64,000 bases of DNA, taken from NCBI GenBank assembly GCA_019057375.1, contig DXJF01000050.1, positions 32,001 to 96,000 on the forward strand, written 5' to 3'. The DNA is from Candidatus Heimdallarchaeota archaeon. GTDB lineage: Archaea > Asgardarchaeota > Heimdallarchaeia > Heimdallarchaeales > Heimdallarchaeaceae. Made by a program: the position numbers and the translations under genes. Positions 47,665 through 58,100 of the stretch are shown here, piece after piece; position 1 is the first letter of the stretch, and each line of letters starts with the position of its first letter. Under the pieces are notes generated by a model. It made no database searches, was not told where the DNA came from, and saw only the letters and a program-made list of their open reading frames with translations.

Positions 47665-48701
47665 CTCTTAGAAAGTAGTCGATTAATATCAAGAATGTCA
47701 GTGAGTAAAGCAAAACCTGTGGGAGTTTTTCCTGCACCAGGTCCCACGATAGTCACGTCATCAACATACTTAGTAGAATAAGTCAGAGCATTAGTTGGTC
47801 CCATTATATTGGCTAATGGATGAGTTAGTAGGATTTTTTCTGGTCTGACATATGCTTCAACAGAGCCATCCTCCTTAATCTCTGCACCTGCAATCAATTT
47901 CCATCTATATCCTTCTTCCTTAGCCTTAACTATATCTTCAGCTGTTATTTTTGTTATGCCTTCACAGGGTGGTTCATCTTTGCTCAAATTAGCTCCCATG
48001 ACTGTATTTGCTAAAATAACGATTTTTCCTAATGCATCATAACCTTCAACATCAGCTGTTGGATCTGCTTCTGCATATCCCAGTTCTTGAGCTTGTTCTA
48101 GCGCATTCTCATAACTAAGTCCTTTCTCCATCTCTGTTAGAATGTAGTTAGTAGTACCATTTACTATGCCCATTGCCTTAGTTATTCCTGCCCCTGCTAG
48201 ATTGTATAATCCAAGATTCAATGCTGGAGTTCCACTCAGCACAGTTCCTTCATATCTCATTTCAACACTATTCTCTTTAGCTAAATCTAGTAGCTCTCTG
48301 ACAGCTAAAGCAATAGGTCCTTTATTTGTTAAAACTACATGCTTCTTATTTTTCAGAGCAGTTTTGACATGAGTAATTGCCGGTTCTCCAGTCTTGAGAT
48401 CAGTCCAAGCAACTTCTAGAATAAGATTAGCGTTGGTTTCCTCAATTGTCTTAATCGAATCCCAACCTTCAATACCATCTCCATAACCCTTTAAATTGCC
48501 ATTTTCATTTACTAAATCGAGTAATTTTCGCAAATCTAAACCAGTTCGTTTATACCAAGACCCTTTCATCGTATCTGATATTGCAACCACTTTGAAGTGG
48601 AAATCATAATTCTTCTTTAGATATTCTTCTTGTTCGAGTAAGATTTCTGCTAATCCTTGACCAACAACTCCAAATCCAATAAAAGCTATATTAAATTCCA
48701 T
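47661..48701 (-). CDS. hom: Homoserine dehydrogenase (no ACT domain)
   Basis: GFGVVG, TNKGP, YEGTVLSG, NGTTNYIL, GYAEADPTADVEG and GPGAG. Confidence 0.95.
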   Translation of the reverse strand: MEFNIAFIGFGVVGQGLAEILLEQEEYLKKNYDFHFKVVAISDTMKGSWYKRTGLDLRKLLDLVNENGNLKGYGDGIEGWDSIKTIEETNANLILEVAWTDLKTGEPAITHVKTALKNKKHVVLTNKGPIALAVRELLDLAKENSVEMRYEGTVLSGTPALNLGLYNLAGAGITKAMGIVNGTTNYILTEMEKGLSYENALEQAQELGYAEADPTADVEGYDALGKIVILANTVMGANLSKDEPPCEGITKITAEDIVKAKEEGYRWKLIAGAEIKEDGSVEAYVRPEKILLTHPLANIMGPTNALTYSTKYVDDVTIVGPGAGKTPTGFALLTDILDINRLLSKS

Positions 48702-48817
48702 TTTGAGCCCTCAATAATCTTTCACGCCTACTTTAAGTGGAATTGCTTATAAATTTGTTGTCACGGAGTCGCTTTGACAGTACAAAAGGTATAAAAGAAC
48801 AATTAACTAAATAGAAT

Positions 48818-49414
48818 TTGAATTCTATGTCACGATTCTTCAGCTCAAAAAAACGATCCAAGAGAAACATCACATCAGCTGAGCAGTACTATAGAGAGAA
48901 ATATGGGGAAGTAAAGGACGCATCTCCAAGTGATCGAGATACTGCAATAATGCAAAAATTAATTGAAATAGGTGCAGATAACATTAAGAAATCCTCAGGA
49001 TACTTGACAAAATACTCATTTGATTTACCTATTGAACATGAAGATGATGTAACTCAAAGAATTACATTAGTAGAAGAAAGCGACAAAGATGTTCATATAG
49101 ATGCTGAATTAATACATGAGTTCCCTTTATTTCTACATGTTACAGTTAAGGAAGATTCAAAAAACAGAGAATTCGAATCAGTAACTGGAATGAGTATCAT
49201 CAACTTTGTTAACGTAAGAACTAACAATGATAAACTTGCTGTGAAGATTTTAGATGATTCTTATGTTAGTGAATACTTCTTCCAACTTGTGAAGGATTTA
49301 GTTCTAATATCTGCAAATAAAAGCACTCTATCTGCAAAGCTAACCTCTATTGACAAATTAAAATACTTCTTCAAATTAATAGCCAGAATGGTTAATATTG
49401 CTGAAAAAAGATAG
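48818..49414 (+). CDS. Hypothetical protein
   Basis: 198-aa ORF with normal composition; overlaps the next ORF. Confidence 0.6.
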   Translation: MNSMSRFFSSKKRSKRNITSAEQYYREKYGEVKDASPSDRDTAIMQKLIEIGADNIKKSSGYLTKYSFDLPIEHEDDVTQRITLVEESDKDVHIDAELIHEFPLFLHVTVKEDSKNREFESVTGMSIINFVNVRTNNDKLAVKILDDSYVSEYFFQLVKDLVLISANKSTLSAKLTSIDKLKYFFKLIARMVNIAEKR

Positions 49415-49430
49415 CTTTGGAAGTAATAGA

Positions 49431-50465
49431 ATGACGTTGAATGATCATGCTTTGGAAGTACTTGAAGAATTAAAGAAAAAAGATGTTATTTCAGATGATT
49501 CCAAAATAAAAAGCTACGAACAATTACAAGGGGGGGCAGATACAACTATGTTCGAGATAAGTATCATTAACCAGCCTAGAAGATACATTCAAAGAATTTT
49601 TAGATCTTTAGCATCAAATAAAATAGCAGAATATGAATATAATGTTCAAAAAACACTTTTTGAAAACAATGTAAATGTTCCAGAAACTTATCTGATTAAA
49701 TTAACTCCAAACTCGCGTGAAAGACCATATTTTGTTATGGAAAAAATTGAAGGTACAAGACTAGATCAAGTATTTTACAGAAATCCCGAGAAATTGGAGC
49801 AACTAATTGAAATGTTACTATAAGAATTATACAAAATTCATTCTATCGAGCCAAAATTATTTCCCCTAATTCCATCAGCTAACATTCAAAAGAATCCCTT
49901 TGAACCAATTGAACAAACAATATCAAGAAGAAAGTACTTTCTTGACAAGTATCCAAAAGAATTATCTGAGCTAAAGCCAGTTATAGACTGGTTGGAAACA
50001 AATAAAACTGAAAATCCCTGTAAAAAACTTGTTGTTACTCATGGAGATTACCACTCACAAAACATAATTGTTCAAAAAGATTCAAAACTCAAAATTCTAG
50101 ATTGGTCAAACATTAATATCTGTGATTTTAGAGAAGATTTAGGATTTACAACTGTTATATTAAGTATTGGAGCAAAAAGGAATTTAGCATCAACAATTGC
50201 AAGTTCATATGAACAGATTTCAGGAACTAAAGTAGAGAATTTAGAATATTTCATGATATTGGCAAATATATTTAATATGATAAGATTCTATAGTTGTATA
50301 AAAAATCCTGAGATTACAAATGAGACAGAAGATACGATAAATTTCTTCAAATCGATTAAAGAATACCCATTATTTCTTGTCGAATTAGTTGAAAATACAT
50401 GCGATATAGAACTTCATCAAATTTGGGATTATTTTACTATTAATGGTAAAGATGAGATAAGATAG
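49431..50465 (+). pseudogene. Aminoglycoside-phosphotransferase-like kinase interrupted by one in-frame TAA
   Basis: ORFs 49398..49823 and 49992..50465 share a frame. Only the TAA at 49821-49823 separates ...EMLL from ELYKIH.... Kinase motifs GGADT, VMEKIEG, HGDYH and LDW are present. Confidence 0.8.
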
Positions 50466-50482
50466 TTCAAGGATATGAACAA

Positions 50483-51298
50483 ATGATAATAGATGGTCAT
50501 GCTCATGCTTTTGGAGAATTTGCTTATACAAAGAAACTAATTCCACTTATGGATAATTTAGGAGTCGATAAAGTTGTTCTATGTCCAGGTGGAACTGATC
50601 CTGATTTTGAATTCAAAGTTCCTAAAATTGCTTATAGAAAATCTTCATACAACCATTATTTTCACATCTTGGGGAACGTATTCTTCTTACGTCTTTTTCA
50701 TAAAAAAATGAACAATATTGACAATGAATATGTTTTTTCACTAGTGAAAGATTATCCTGATAGATTGATTCAATATTTCTGGACCAATCCAAATGATCCT
50801 GAGTTAATCTCTACTTTAGAGCAGAACTTTGAGAAAATGTCTTTTGCTGGAATTAAGCTTCATCAATGCTTAAACAAATTCTCAAATGAAGATGAAGGGA
50901 TGAAACTCATTTCTCAATTTGCAATAGAAAAGAACATACCAATTTTTATCCATCTTTATAACTTCAAAGAAACAAGAAAATTAGTAAAACTAGCTCAAGA
51001 ATTTCCAAAAGCTAACTATATCATAGCTCATTCTATGGGGCTAGAAACTATTGCCAAGAAAGGGGAGAGACTAAAAAACGTCTACTTTGATATTTCAACT
51101 TATTTCATCATTTCTGAGAAGAGAATACGTTTTGCTATGGATAAGTTTGGTGAAGATAAAGTTTTACTTGGTTCAGATTCACCGCTAGGATATAGGAATC
51201 TTGAACTAAACATAGAGAAAATTAGAAAAATGGACTTAGCAGAAAAACAGAAAAATAAGATTTTAGGAGAGAATATTGCCAAATTACTAAATTTGTAA
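50483..51298 (+). CDS. Amidohydrolase-family protein (COG2159-like)
   Basis: IIDGHAH, GIKLH, FIH, IAH, FDIS and GSDSP. Confidence 0.85.
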   Translation: MIIDGHAHAFGEFAYTKKLIPLMDNLGVDKVVLCPGGTDPDFEFKVPKIAYRKSSYNHYFHILGNVFFLRLFHKKMNNIDNEYVFSLVKDYPDRLIQYFWTNPNDPELISTLEQNFEKMSFAGIKLHQCLNKFSNEDEGMKLISQFAIEKNIPIFIHLYNFKETRKLVKLAQEFPKANYIIAHSMGLETIAKKGERLKNVYFDISTYFIISEKRIRFAMDKFGEDKVLLGSDSPLGYRNLELNIEKIRKMDLAEKQKNKILGENIAKLLNL

Positions 51299-51303
51299 CA
51301 TTC

Positions 51304-52476
51304 TTACTCGAAAGAATCCTTGATTTGTTGAACAGCTTTTTGGATGGTTTCTATGGATGTAGCATAACTAAATCTAAGATAACCTTCTCCACCTTCTCCA
51401 AAAGCTGATCCGGGTAAACAACATACTCCAGCTTTATACAAAATATGATCTGCCATCTCTCTAGAATTCATCCCTGTATCTTTGATATTTGGAAAAGCAT
51501 AGAAAGCTCCTTGTGGATGTAAACATGTGAAGTTTGGTATACTATTTAATCCTTCAACTATCGCATTTCTTCTTTCAAGAAAAGCTTTCATCATTTCAGT
51601 CAAAGGGTCTTGACTTCCTTTTAGAGCTGTTATACCAGCTTTCTGAACGAATGATGTTGTACAAGATAAAGCATTAATCATTAATGTACCCATTCTTCCT
51701 ATTACTTCTTCAGGACCTATTACATAACCTAATCTCCATCCAGTCATAGCATATGATTTTGAGAACCCATCTAGAATTATTGTTCTCTCTTTTGATTCAT
51801 CAAGAACTGCAGGTGAATGGAATGAAGCTTCATAAAGCATCTTGGAGTAAATCTCATCTGATAAGATGAAAATATTGTTTTTGTCCGCTAGTTCTGCAAC
51901 TCTGTCTATTTCCTTTTTCGTCATTACAGAACCTGTTGGGTTTTGTGGGCTATTCAGAATGATTAGCTTTGTTTTATCAGTGATTCTTTCCTCAATATCA
52001 TTGGGATTTAAACGAAATTCGTTTTCTTCTTTCAATTGAATTGGGACATCTCCAGCATTAAGATATTTAGCAACTGAACCATATGTGGGAAAACCTGGAT
52101 CTGGATATATTACCTCATCACCAGGATTAACTAACCCGAGCATTGTAAAGAAAATTCCTGGCTTAGCACCAGGTAAAATCAAAATTTGCTCAATTGAAGG
52201 TCTAAATCCTCTAGTTTGCTCAATTTCATCTTGGATTGCTTGTTTTAGTTCTAAAATTCCAGTAGCTGATACATAACCAGTGAAATTGTTCTCAATTGAT
52301 TCATAAGCTGTATCCTTAATATTCTGAGGAGTGGGAAAATCGGGTTGTCCTATTTCGAAATGAAGTACTTCTTTTCCTTCTCTTTCCTGAGCTTGAGCTT
52401 TCGCAAGATATTCAAAAGCTCCTTCTCCTTGAATTCGATACATTCCGTTTGCCATTTCCTTCATACTATCACTCAA
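51304..52476 (-). CDS. PLP-dependent class I/II aminotransferase (aspartate aminotransferase-like)
   Basis: IGQPDF, NSPQNPTG, SDEIY and GFSKSYAMTGWRLGY with the PLP Lys. Confidence 0.93.
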   Translation of the reverse strand: MSDSMKEMANGMYRIQGEGAFEYLAKAQAQEREGKEVLHFEIGQPDFPTPQNIKDTAYESIENNFTGYVSATGILELKQAIQDEIEQTRGFRPSIEQILILPGAKPGIFFTMLGLVNPGDEVIYPDPGFPTYGSVAKYLNAGDVPIQLKEENEFRLNPNDIEERITDKTKLIILNSPQNPTGSVMTKKEIDRVAELADKNNIFILSDEIYSKMLYEASFHSPAVLDESKERTIILDGFSKSYAMTGWRLGYVIGPEEVIGRMGTLMINALSCTTSFVQKAGITALKGSQDPLTEMMKAFLERRNAIVEGLNSIPNFTCLHPQGAFYAFPNIKDTGMNSREMADHILYKAGVCCLPGSAFGEGGEGYLRFSYATSIETIQKAVQQIKDSFE

Positions 52477-52479
52477 ATC

Positions 52480-53778
52480 TTATCTATGATGGAGTTTTCT
52501 TGCAGCAATAAAACTCAAACCTTTTTCTGTAAGAGCTTTAGCAGTGTTGTTAATAGCTGTTTGACGATCGTAATAATTTTGTTCAAGATGTCCCCATAAA
52601 TTTTGTTCTGTTATCTGTTCTTTTGTAAGGAAATAATCCAGAATATCAGAAGGATGTTCCCGTGTCTGATCTATTTTCACAGGTCCTCCTTCATGCTTAG
52701 CACTAATGTTTCTAACTTTCGGGGCAAGTTCAAGTAATTCTTGTGTTCTATCATATGGTTGTCTCACAATTGATTTCTGTGTTTCGATTATATGATGTTC
52801 TAACCTAACAACATCTTCAAAACCAAAGTTATTTCTTATATCAGAGCTCATTTCAATTGTCCAATTATTCACTGCATTAGACAGATTGAATCCAATCAGA
52901 GGGGAAGTACCATCATCTCTTGCGAATAATTTTGCAGTCATTAAAGTCCAAAGGACTGAATAGGGGTTATCATTTCCCATATATACAGAAATCTTAAACT
53001 CATTATTTATTCCGAGCTTGTGTAGCATGTATCCTAAGATTACAGTACCAGGATTTATATTCAAAACTTGCTTAATACCATAGTTGGTATAGTAATAGAG
53101 AAACTCGTCTACCCATTTTAAAGCCAACTCATTTCCCATTCCCACTCCTCCAAAATATCCAGTTATCGTATCAGGCCCTCCTAAATGTATATTCATAGGC
53201 AATCCATCTGGTCCAGGCATTGTTCCTTTTGTATCTAAAGTTTCTACAATTGATGCACCAATTATATTTACAGCTGCTTGCATTGCCAAGAGATCCCCAT
53301 CTTTTTCTTGCTCTTTCATATATCTGACACGGATTATCCTTCCTGGTAAAAGATCTTGTTTAGGAATGGCCTTTTGTGCACTTTTAATTAGAAACGGGAA
53401 GTATTGGCATGCTGAAAGCTCCAAAGTCACAGCAAAAGAATCATCAAACTTGATTCTATCAACCGCATTTCCTAAGATTTTTCTTCGATAATTATCAACG
53501 CTAATAAAAACTTCATTATCTCTCTGTTTTGTTAACCACTCAAGATCGTCAATATATTCTGGTTTGACTGTTTCGAGTTTTTTATAGATGGTTTCAATTT
53601 TACTTGATTCTTTGAATTTGTTATTAATTTCATCTACTCCTCCATATTTATCTATTAACTGGAGAATGTCATTAACAAAGGGGTTGTTTTCATCAATTAA
53701 GAATTTTTGAATCTCATCTATATTCTCTTTAGAAATGCTCAATCTATTTCTTATATTTTCCATATAATATTCCTCCAT
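52480..53778 (-). CDS. Conserved uncharacterised enzyme-like protein
   Basis: 432-aa ORF with enzyme-like motifs (ETLDTKGT, HLGGPDTITGYFGG, RLEHH, AKHEGG), 3 nt from the aminotransferase. Confidence 0.7.
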   Translation of the reverse strand: MEEYYMENIRNRLSISKENIDEIQKFLIDENNPFVNDILQLIDKYGGVDEINNKFKESSKIETIYKKLETVKPEYIDDLEWLTKQRDNEVFISVDNYRRKILGNAVDRIKFDDSFAVTLELSACQYFPFLIKSAQKAIPKQDLLPGRIIRVRYMKEQEKDGDLLAMQAAVNIIGASIVETLDTKGTMPGPDGLPMNIHLGGPDTITGYFGGVGMGNELALKWVDEFLYYYTNYGIKQVLNINPGTVILGYMLHKLGINNEFKISVYMGNDNPYSVLWTLMTAKLFARDDGTSPLIGFNLSNAVNNWTIEMSSDIRNNFGFEDVVRLEHHIIETQKSIVRQPYDRTQELLELAPKVRNISAKHEGGPVKIDQTREHPSDILDYFLTKEQITEQNLWGHLEQNYYDRQTAINNTAKALTEKGLSFIAARKLHHR

Positions 53779-53849
53779 GAGAGTTCAGGAATTTTTCACT
53801 CATGTTGATTATCCTAGTGAAAATATATACAATTTTAAATATATCTCTA

Positions 53850-54704
53850 TCAATATTTGATATTATGTTTGGATTTTATTCTTTCTAGAGCTTCCTTTGC
53901 ACTTTCACTAACGAATCTATTATCATCTTCTATCAAATTCTCTAAAATATTGATTACAAATATATCCTTAGAATGGCCTAAAGCAGATGTAGCACATTTT
54001 CTGATAAACCAATTTTCACCCTTTAAAGCTTGTTTAAGAAGTAATAGTCCTTCGTCACCTCCAATCTTTCCAATTGCTGATGCAGCTTGTTCTTTTACAT
54101 CTTGAAAATTATCATTCATCAAGAGGTTAAAGAGAAGCTTAATAGATATATCACTTCGAATTTCACCCAGAATCCAAGCAATTTTAGATCTAACATCCTT
54201 GTCAGGATCATTTAAGAAGTATTCTAGAAGCTGCACATCAAGATGTTCTTGTTCTAGCAGCTTTTCCCACTTCTCCTTGGCAATAAGAGATAAAGCTTCT
54301 TCTTTCTGACTAGAAGGAACCCAGCCCAAATGTTCCAACACTACAATTGACTCAGATCTTACTTCCCAACTGGTATCTTCTAATTTGTTTACTAGGGAAG
54401 GAATAGCATCAAAAGCCATCATATCTCCTAATGATCTGGTAGCATTTTTCCTTACTTCTGGTTCTTCATCATTTAAAGCAAGAATCAAAGGATTGATTGT
54501 TCTCTCATCCGCTATTTTACCTAGAGCCCAAGCGATACGGCTCCTTACTGGTGCAACATCTTCCTTGAGCATTTTTATAAGAACAGAAACTGTTTGCTTT
54601 TTGCCAGGATTATCAACAATGGAATTAATTGTAAAAACACGAACATGAAGATCTTCATCCTTTAAACTTTCAAGCAAAGATTCTACATCATCATCTTCAA
54701 TCAT
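53850..54704 (-). CDS. HEAT/PBS-lyase-repeat protein
   Basis: Repeats VRSRIAWALGKI, VRKNATRSLGDM, VKEQAASAIGKI and IRKCATSALG. Confidence 0.88.
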   Translation of the reverse strand: MIEDDDVESLLESLKDEDLHVRVFTINSIVDNPGKKQTVSVLIKMLKEDVAPVRSRIAWALGKIADERTINPLILALNDEEPEVRKNATRSLGDMMAFDAIPSLVNKLEDTSWEVRSESIVVLEHLGWVPSSQKEEALSLIAKEKWEKLLEQEHLDVQLLEYFLNDPDKDVRSKIAWILGEIRSDISIKLLFNLLMNDNFQDVKEQAASAIGKIGGDEGLLLLKQALKGENWFIRKCATSALGHSKDIFVINILENLIEDDNRFVSESAKEALERIKSKHNIKY

Positions 54705-54732
54705 CTGTTTTCCACTCTCTGACAGAAATTAA

Positions 54733-55038
54733 TCACTCTATGCATTCCCATGAATCTACCAGAAGCTGATATTCCTGATATGTTTCATCATCTATTTTTT
54801 GCGGTCTTTTGGAGCTTCCTTTAGTAAGAATTACTTCTCCATTAATTTTCATTTTTCCTCTGCATGAAATTGGTTCTCTAGAATAAATAACGATTTGTTC
54901 TCCGTTTTCTAAATCAAAATAATTTATATGGTCCCTATCACTAACAAATTGAATTAAATGCTGCCATGGGATTTTTGATATATTCCCAGTTAGAGTTATT
55001 TCTTCTCCTACAGATTCTGTAAAATTATATCTCAACAA
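54733..55038 (-). CDS. Small hypothetical beta-rich (OB-fold-like) protein
   Basis: 101-aa ORF, GEEITLTGNIS...WQHL...KINGEV. Confidence 0.55.
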   Translation of the reverse strand: MLRYNFTESVGEEITLTGNISKIPWQHLIQFVSDRDHINYFDLENGEQIVIYSREPISCRGKMKINGEVILTKGSSKRPQKIDDETYQEYQLLVDSWECIE

Positions 55039-55142
55039 TCATCAACTTTTATGTTATAAGTTAAAACTTAGAAGTATTTTTGTTTTTCCTTAAGAAAAAA
55101 CAATTATAGCTCTTTGAATATATGTAATAGGAGGTTGTTCGA

Positions 55143-58100
55143 ATGGTGAAATCTAATAAAGATGAAAAAGATGAATTTTCACCTGATGTAATCAGAGTAT
55201 TGCATATTGATGACGAAGAAGATTTTCTTTTCTTAACAAAGGAATTTATTGAAAAAATGAGTGAAGGAGAGATACAAGTAGAATCTTTAAGGATTCCCAT
55301 AGAGGCTTTTGAGAGAATAAAAGATGATAACATTGACATCATAGTCTGCGATTATCTGATGGAGGATCTGAATGGGCTAGATTTGTTGAAGCAAATAAAG
55401 CAAAAAGAGCTTCAAATACCTTTCATAATCTTTACAGGTAGAGGAAGAGAAGAAGTTGTAATTGATGCTCTTAACCTCGGAGCAGATTATTACATCAGAA
55501 AAGGTTCAGATGCAAGAAGTCAATATACTGAACTTGTACATCAAATTCGTACAGTTCTTAGACATAAGAAAGCTGAACAAGCTCTAACTGAAAGTGAAAG
55601 AACTATCAGAAGAGAGAGGGACCTTACTCAACATTATCTGAACGAAGCAAATGTCATGTTTGTAATCGTAAATGAGAATGAGATCGTTGAATTAATGAAC
55701 AAAGAAGTAACCTACGTATTAGGTTATACTGAAAAGGATTTAATAGGTAAAAACTGGTTCACAACTGCTTATTCATCAGAATATGTAGATGAATTAAGGT
55801 TCAGTTTTCAACAAGTTATTGTAGGTATGCAAAAACCAACCCCATATTTTGAGATTGAAATGGAAACAAAAAATGGAGATAAAAGAATAATTGCTTGGCG
55901 TAATACAACTATAAAAGATGAAAATGATAAAGTGATTAAAATATTGGGAGTAGGAGATGACATTACTCAAAGGAAGGAAATAGAAGCAGCTTTGCAACAA
56001 AGTGAAGAAAAGTATCGAAAGTTAGTGGATACATCCCCTGATTCTATTGTTCTAGCAGACTTAACAGGTATTATTACATTAGCTAATCCACAAGCTGCAA
56101 TCATGCACGGAGTAGACAAACCTGAAGAATTAATTGGACGTTCAATGCTGGAGTTTACTGCTCCTGAAGATCATGAAAAGGTAATGAGGGGGATGAAAAA
56201 ACAAACGTTTTCAACACAAAAAGGATATGTTGAATATACAATGCTTAAAAAGAATGGTGAAAGTTTTCCTGTTGAACTTAATGCTGTAGTCATTACTGAC
56301 AAGTCAAATAAACCAATAGCAATGATGGCCATAGGCAGAGATTTAACCCAAAGGATAAAAGCTGAAGAAGCCTTGAAGGAAAGTGAAGAAAAATATCGAG
56401 GTTTTGTACAGAACTTTGATGGGATAGCTTTTAGAGGTTCAATTAATTTTAAACCATTCTTTTTCCATGGGGCAGTAGAACAAATAACTGGTTATACAGA
56501 AGACGATTTCGTTATAGGTGAATTAACTTGGGACAAGCTAGTATTACAAGAGGATATTGAACAATTACTAGCAATTAATGAAGATCTGGAAAATACACCA
56601 GGATTTAGCAATGTGATGGAATATAGGATACGAAATAAGACTGGTGAGATAAGATGGATAAGACAACATATCCAAAACATAGGCTCGAAGGAAGGAGAAT
56701 CATTTATTGTTCAAGGTAGCTTATATGATATAACAGAAAAGAAATTGTTTGAAGTGAATCTACGAGAAAGTGAAAACAAATTTAAGAGCTTGTTTGAAGG
56801 GATTCCTGATGCGGTATTTGTAGCAGATCCTGAAACTCAAGCAATTATTGATTGTAACAAGCAAGCAGAAATGCTCCTAGGATGTCCAAGAGAGAAAATA
56901 ATAACTATGAATGCATTAGAACTACATCCAGAGGACCAAAGAGAAGCAATCAATCAAAATTTTAGAAGACATGCTCAAGGACATGAGGAAATTATAGAAA
57001 ATGAAGTATTAACATGTAACAATAAGAGAATCCCGGTCAGTATTAATGCAAATTTAATTACAATCAAAGGGAAGAAGTATTTACAAGGGATTTTCAGAAA
57101 CATAACACACAGAAAAGAAGTGGAAGAAAAACAAAGAGAATCTGAAAAACTTTACAAGATTACTTTTGAAAGCACTGGAACAGCAAATTTGATTGCTAAA
57201 AGTGATAAAACTATAAATCTAGTGAATTCGAGATTTGAAGAATTAACTGGTTTAAAGAAAACTGAAATTGAAAACAAAATGAAATGGTCAGATTTTATTT
57301 CAGAGGAAGAAACGACAAGATTTGAAAAAATTCAAGAATTACACTTCCAAGACCCTACTCTAGCTCCAGATTATTTTGAAACTTCCATAATCCTAAAAGA
57401 TGGAACTAGCATAAATGTATATCTAACTGTAAAAACCATTCCAGAGAGTACGGATTTCATCATTACTCTAATCGATATTTCGCAAATGAAAAGAGCTGAA
57501 GAACAACTCAAAGAATCTGAAGCTCTTTATAGAACACTTTTCGAAGCCACAGGTACAGCAAATGCTATCGCTAGAGCAGACTCTATAGTAGAAAAAATGA
57601 ATGATCGTTTAGCAGATATATCTGGCTATTCTAAAGAGGAAGTTGAAGGAAAACTTTCATGGCACACTTTTGTTGATGAATCTGAATTAGAGAGATTGAT
57701 GGAATATAATAGAAAAAGAATGATAGACCCTACTAGTGTTCCAACAAGTTATGAAGCTAAGCTTAAGGATAAAAACGGAAATATCGTTCCTTGTTTGATT
57801 CATGTTGGTGTAATTCCTAGTACTGAGAAATTTATAATTTCATTGATTGACATTTCAGAGACTAAAGAAGCTGAGAATGAATTATTGAAATCAGCTGAAT
57901 TATACAAAACAATATTCGAAGCTACTGGAACTGCTAATATGATTGTAGGACCTGGTAGAACTATAAAACAAGTTAACTCTAAACTTGAAGAAGTTTCAGG
58001 ATATTTGAGGGGCGATTTAATTGGCAGGAATTGGAGTGAGTTTGCCCCTGAATCTGAAATGGATAATTTGCTGGATTTCAGCAGAGCTAGGAAAACAGAC

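Noticed and set aside
49821-49823. Selenocysteine or pyrrolysine recoding of the internal stop
   Set aside because: The codon is TAA, not TGA or TAG, and TAA terminates many intact genes in this window.
55061-55342. 93-aa minus-strand ORF
   Set aside because: Antisense shadow of the receiver domain.
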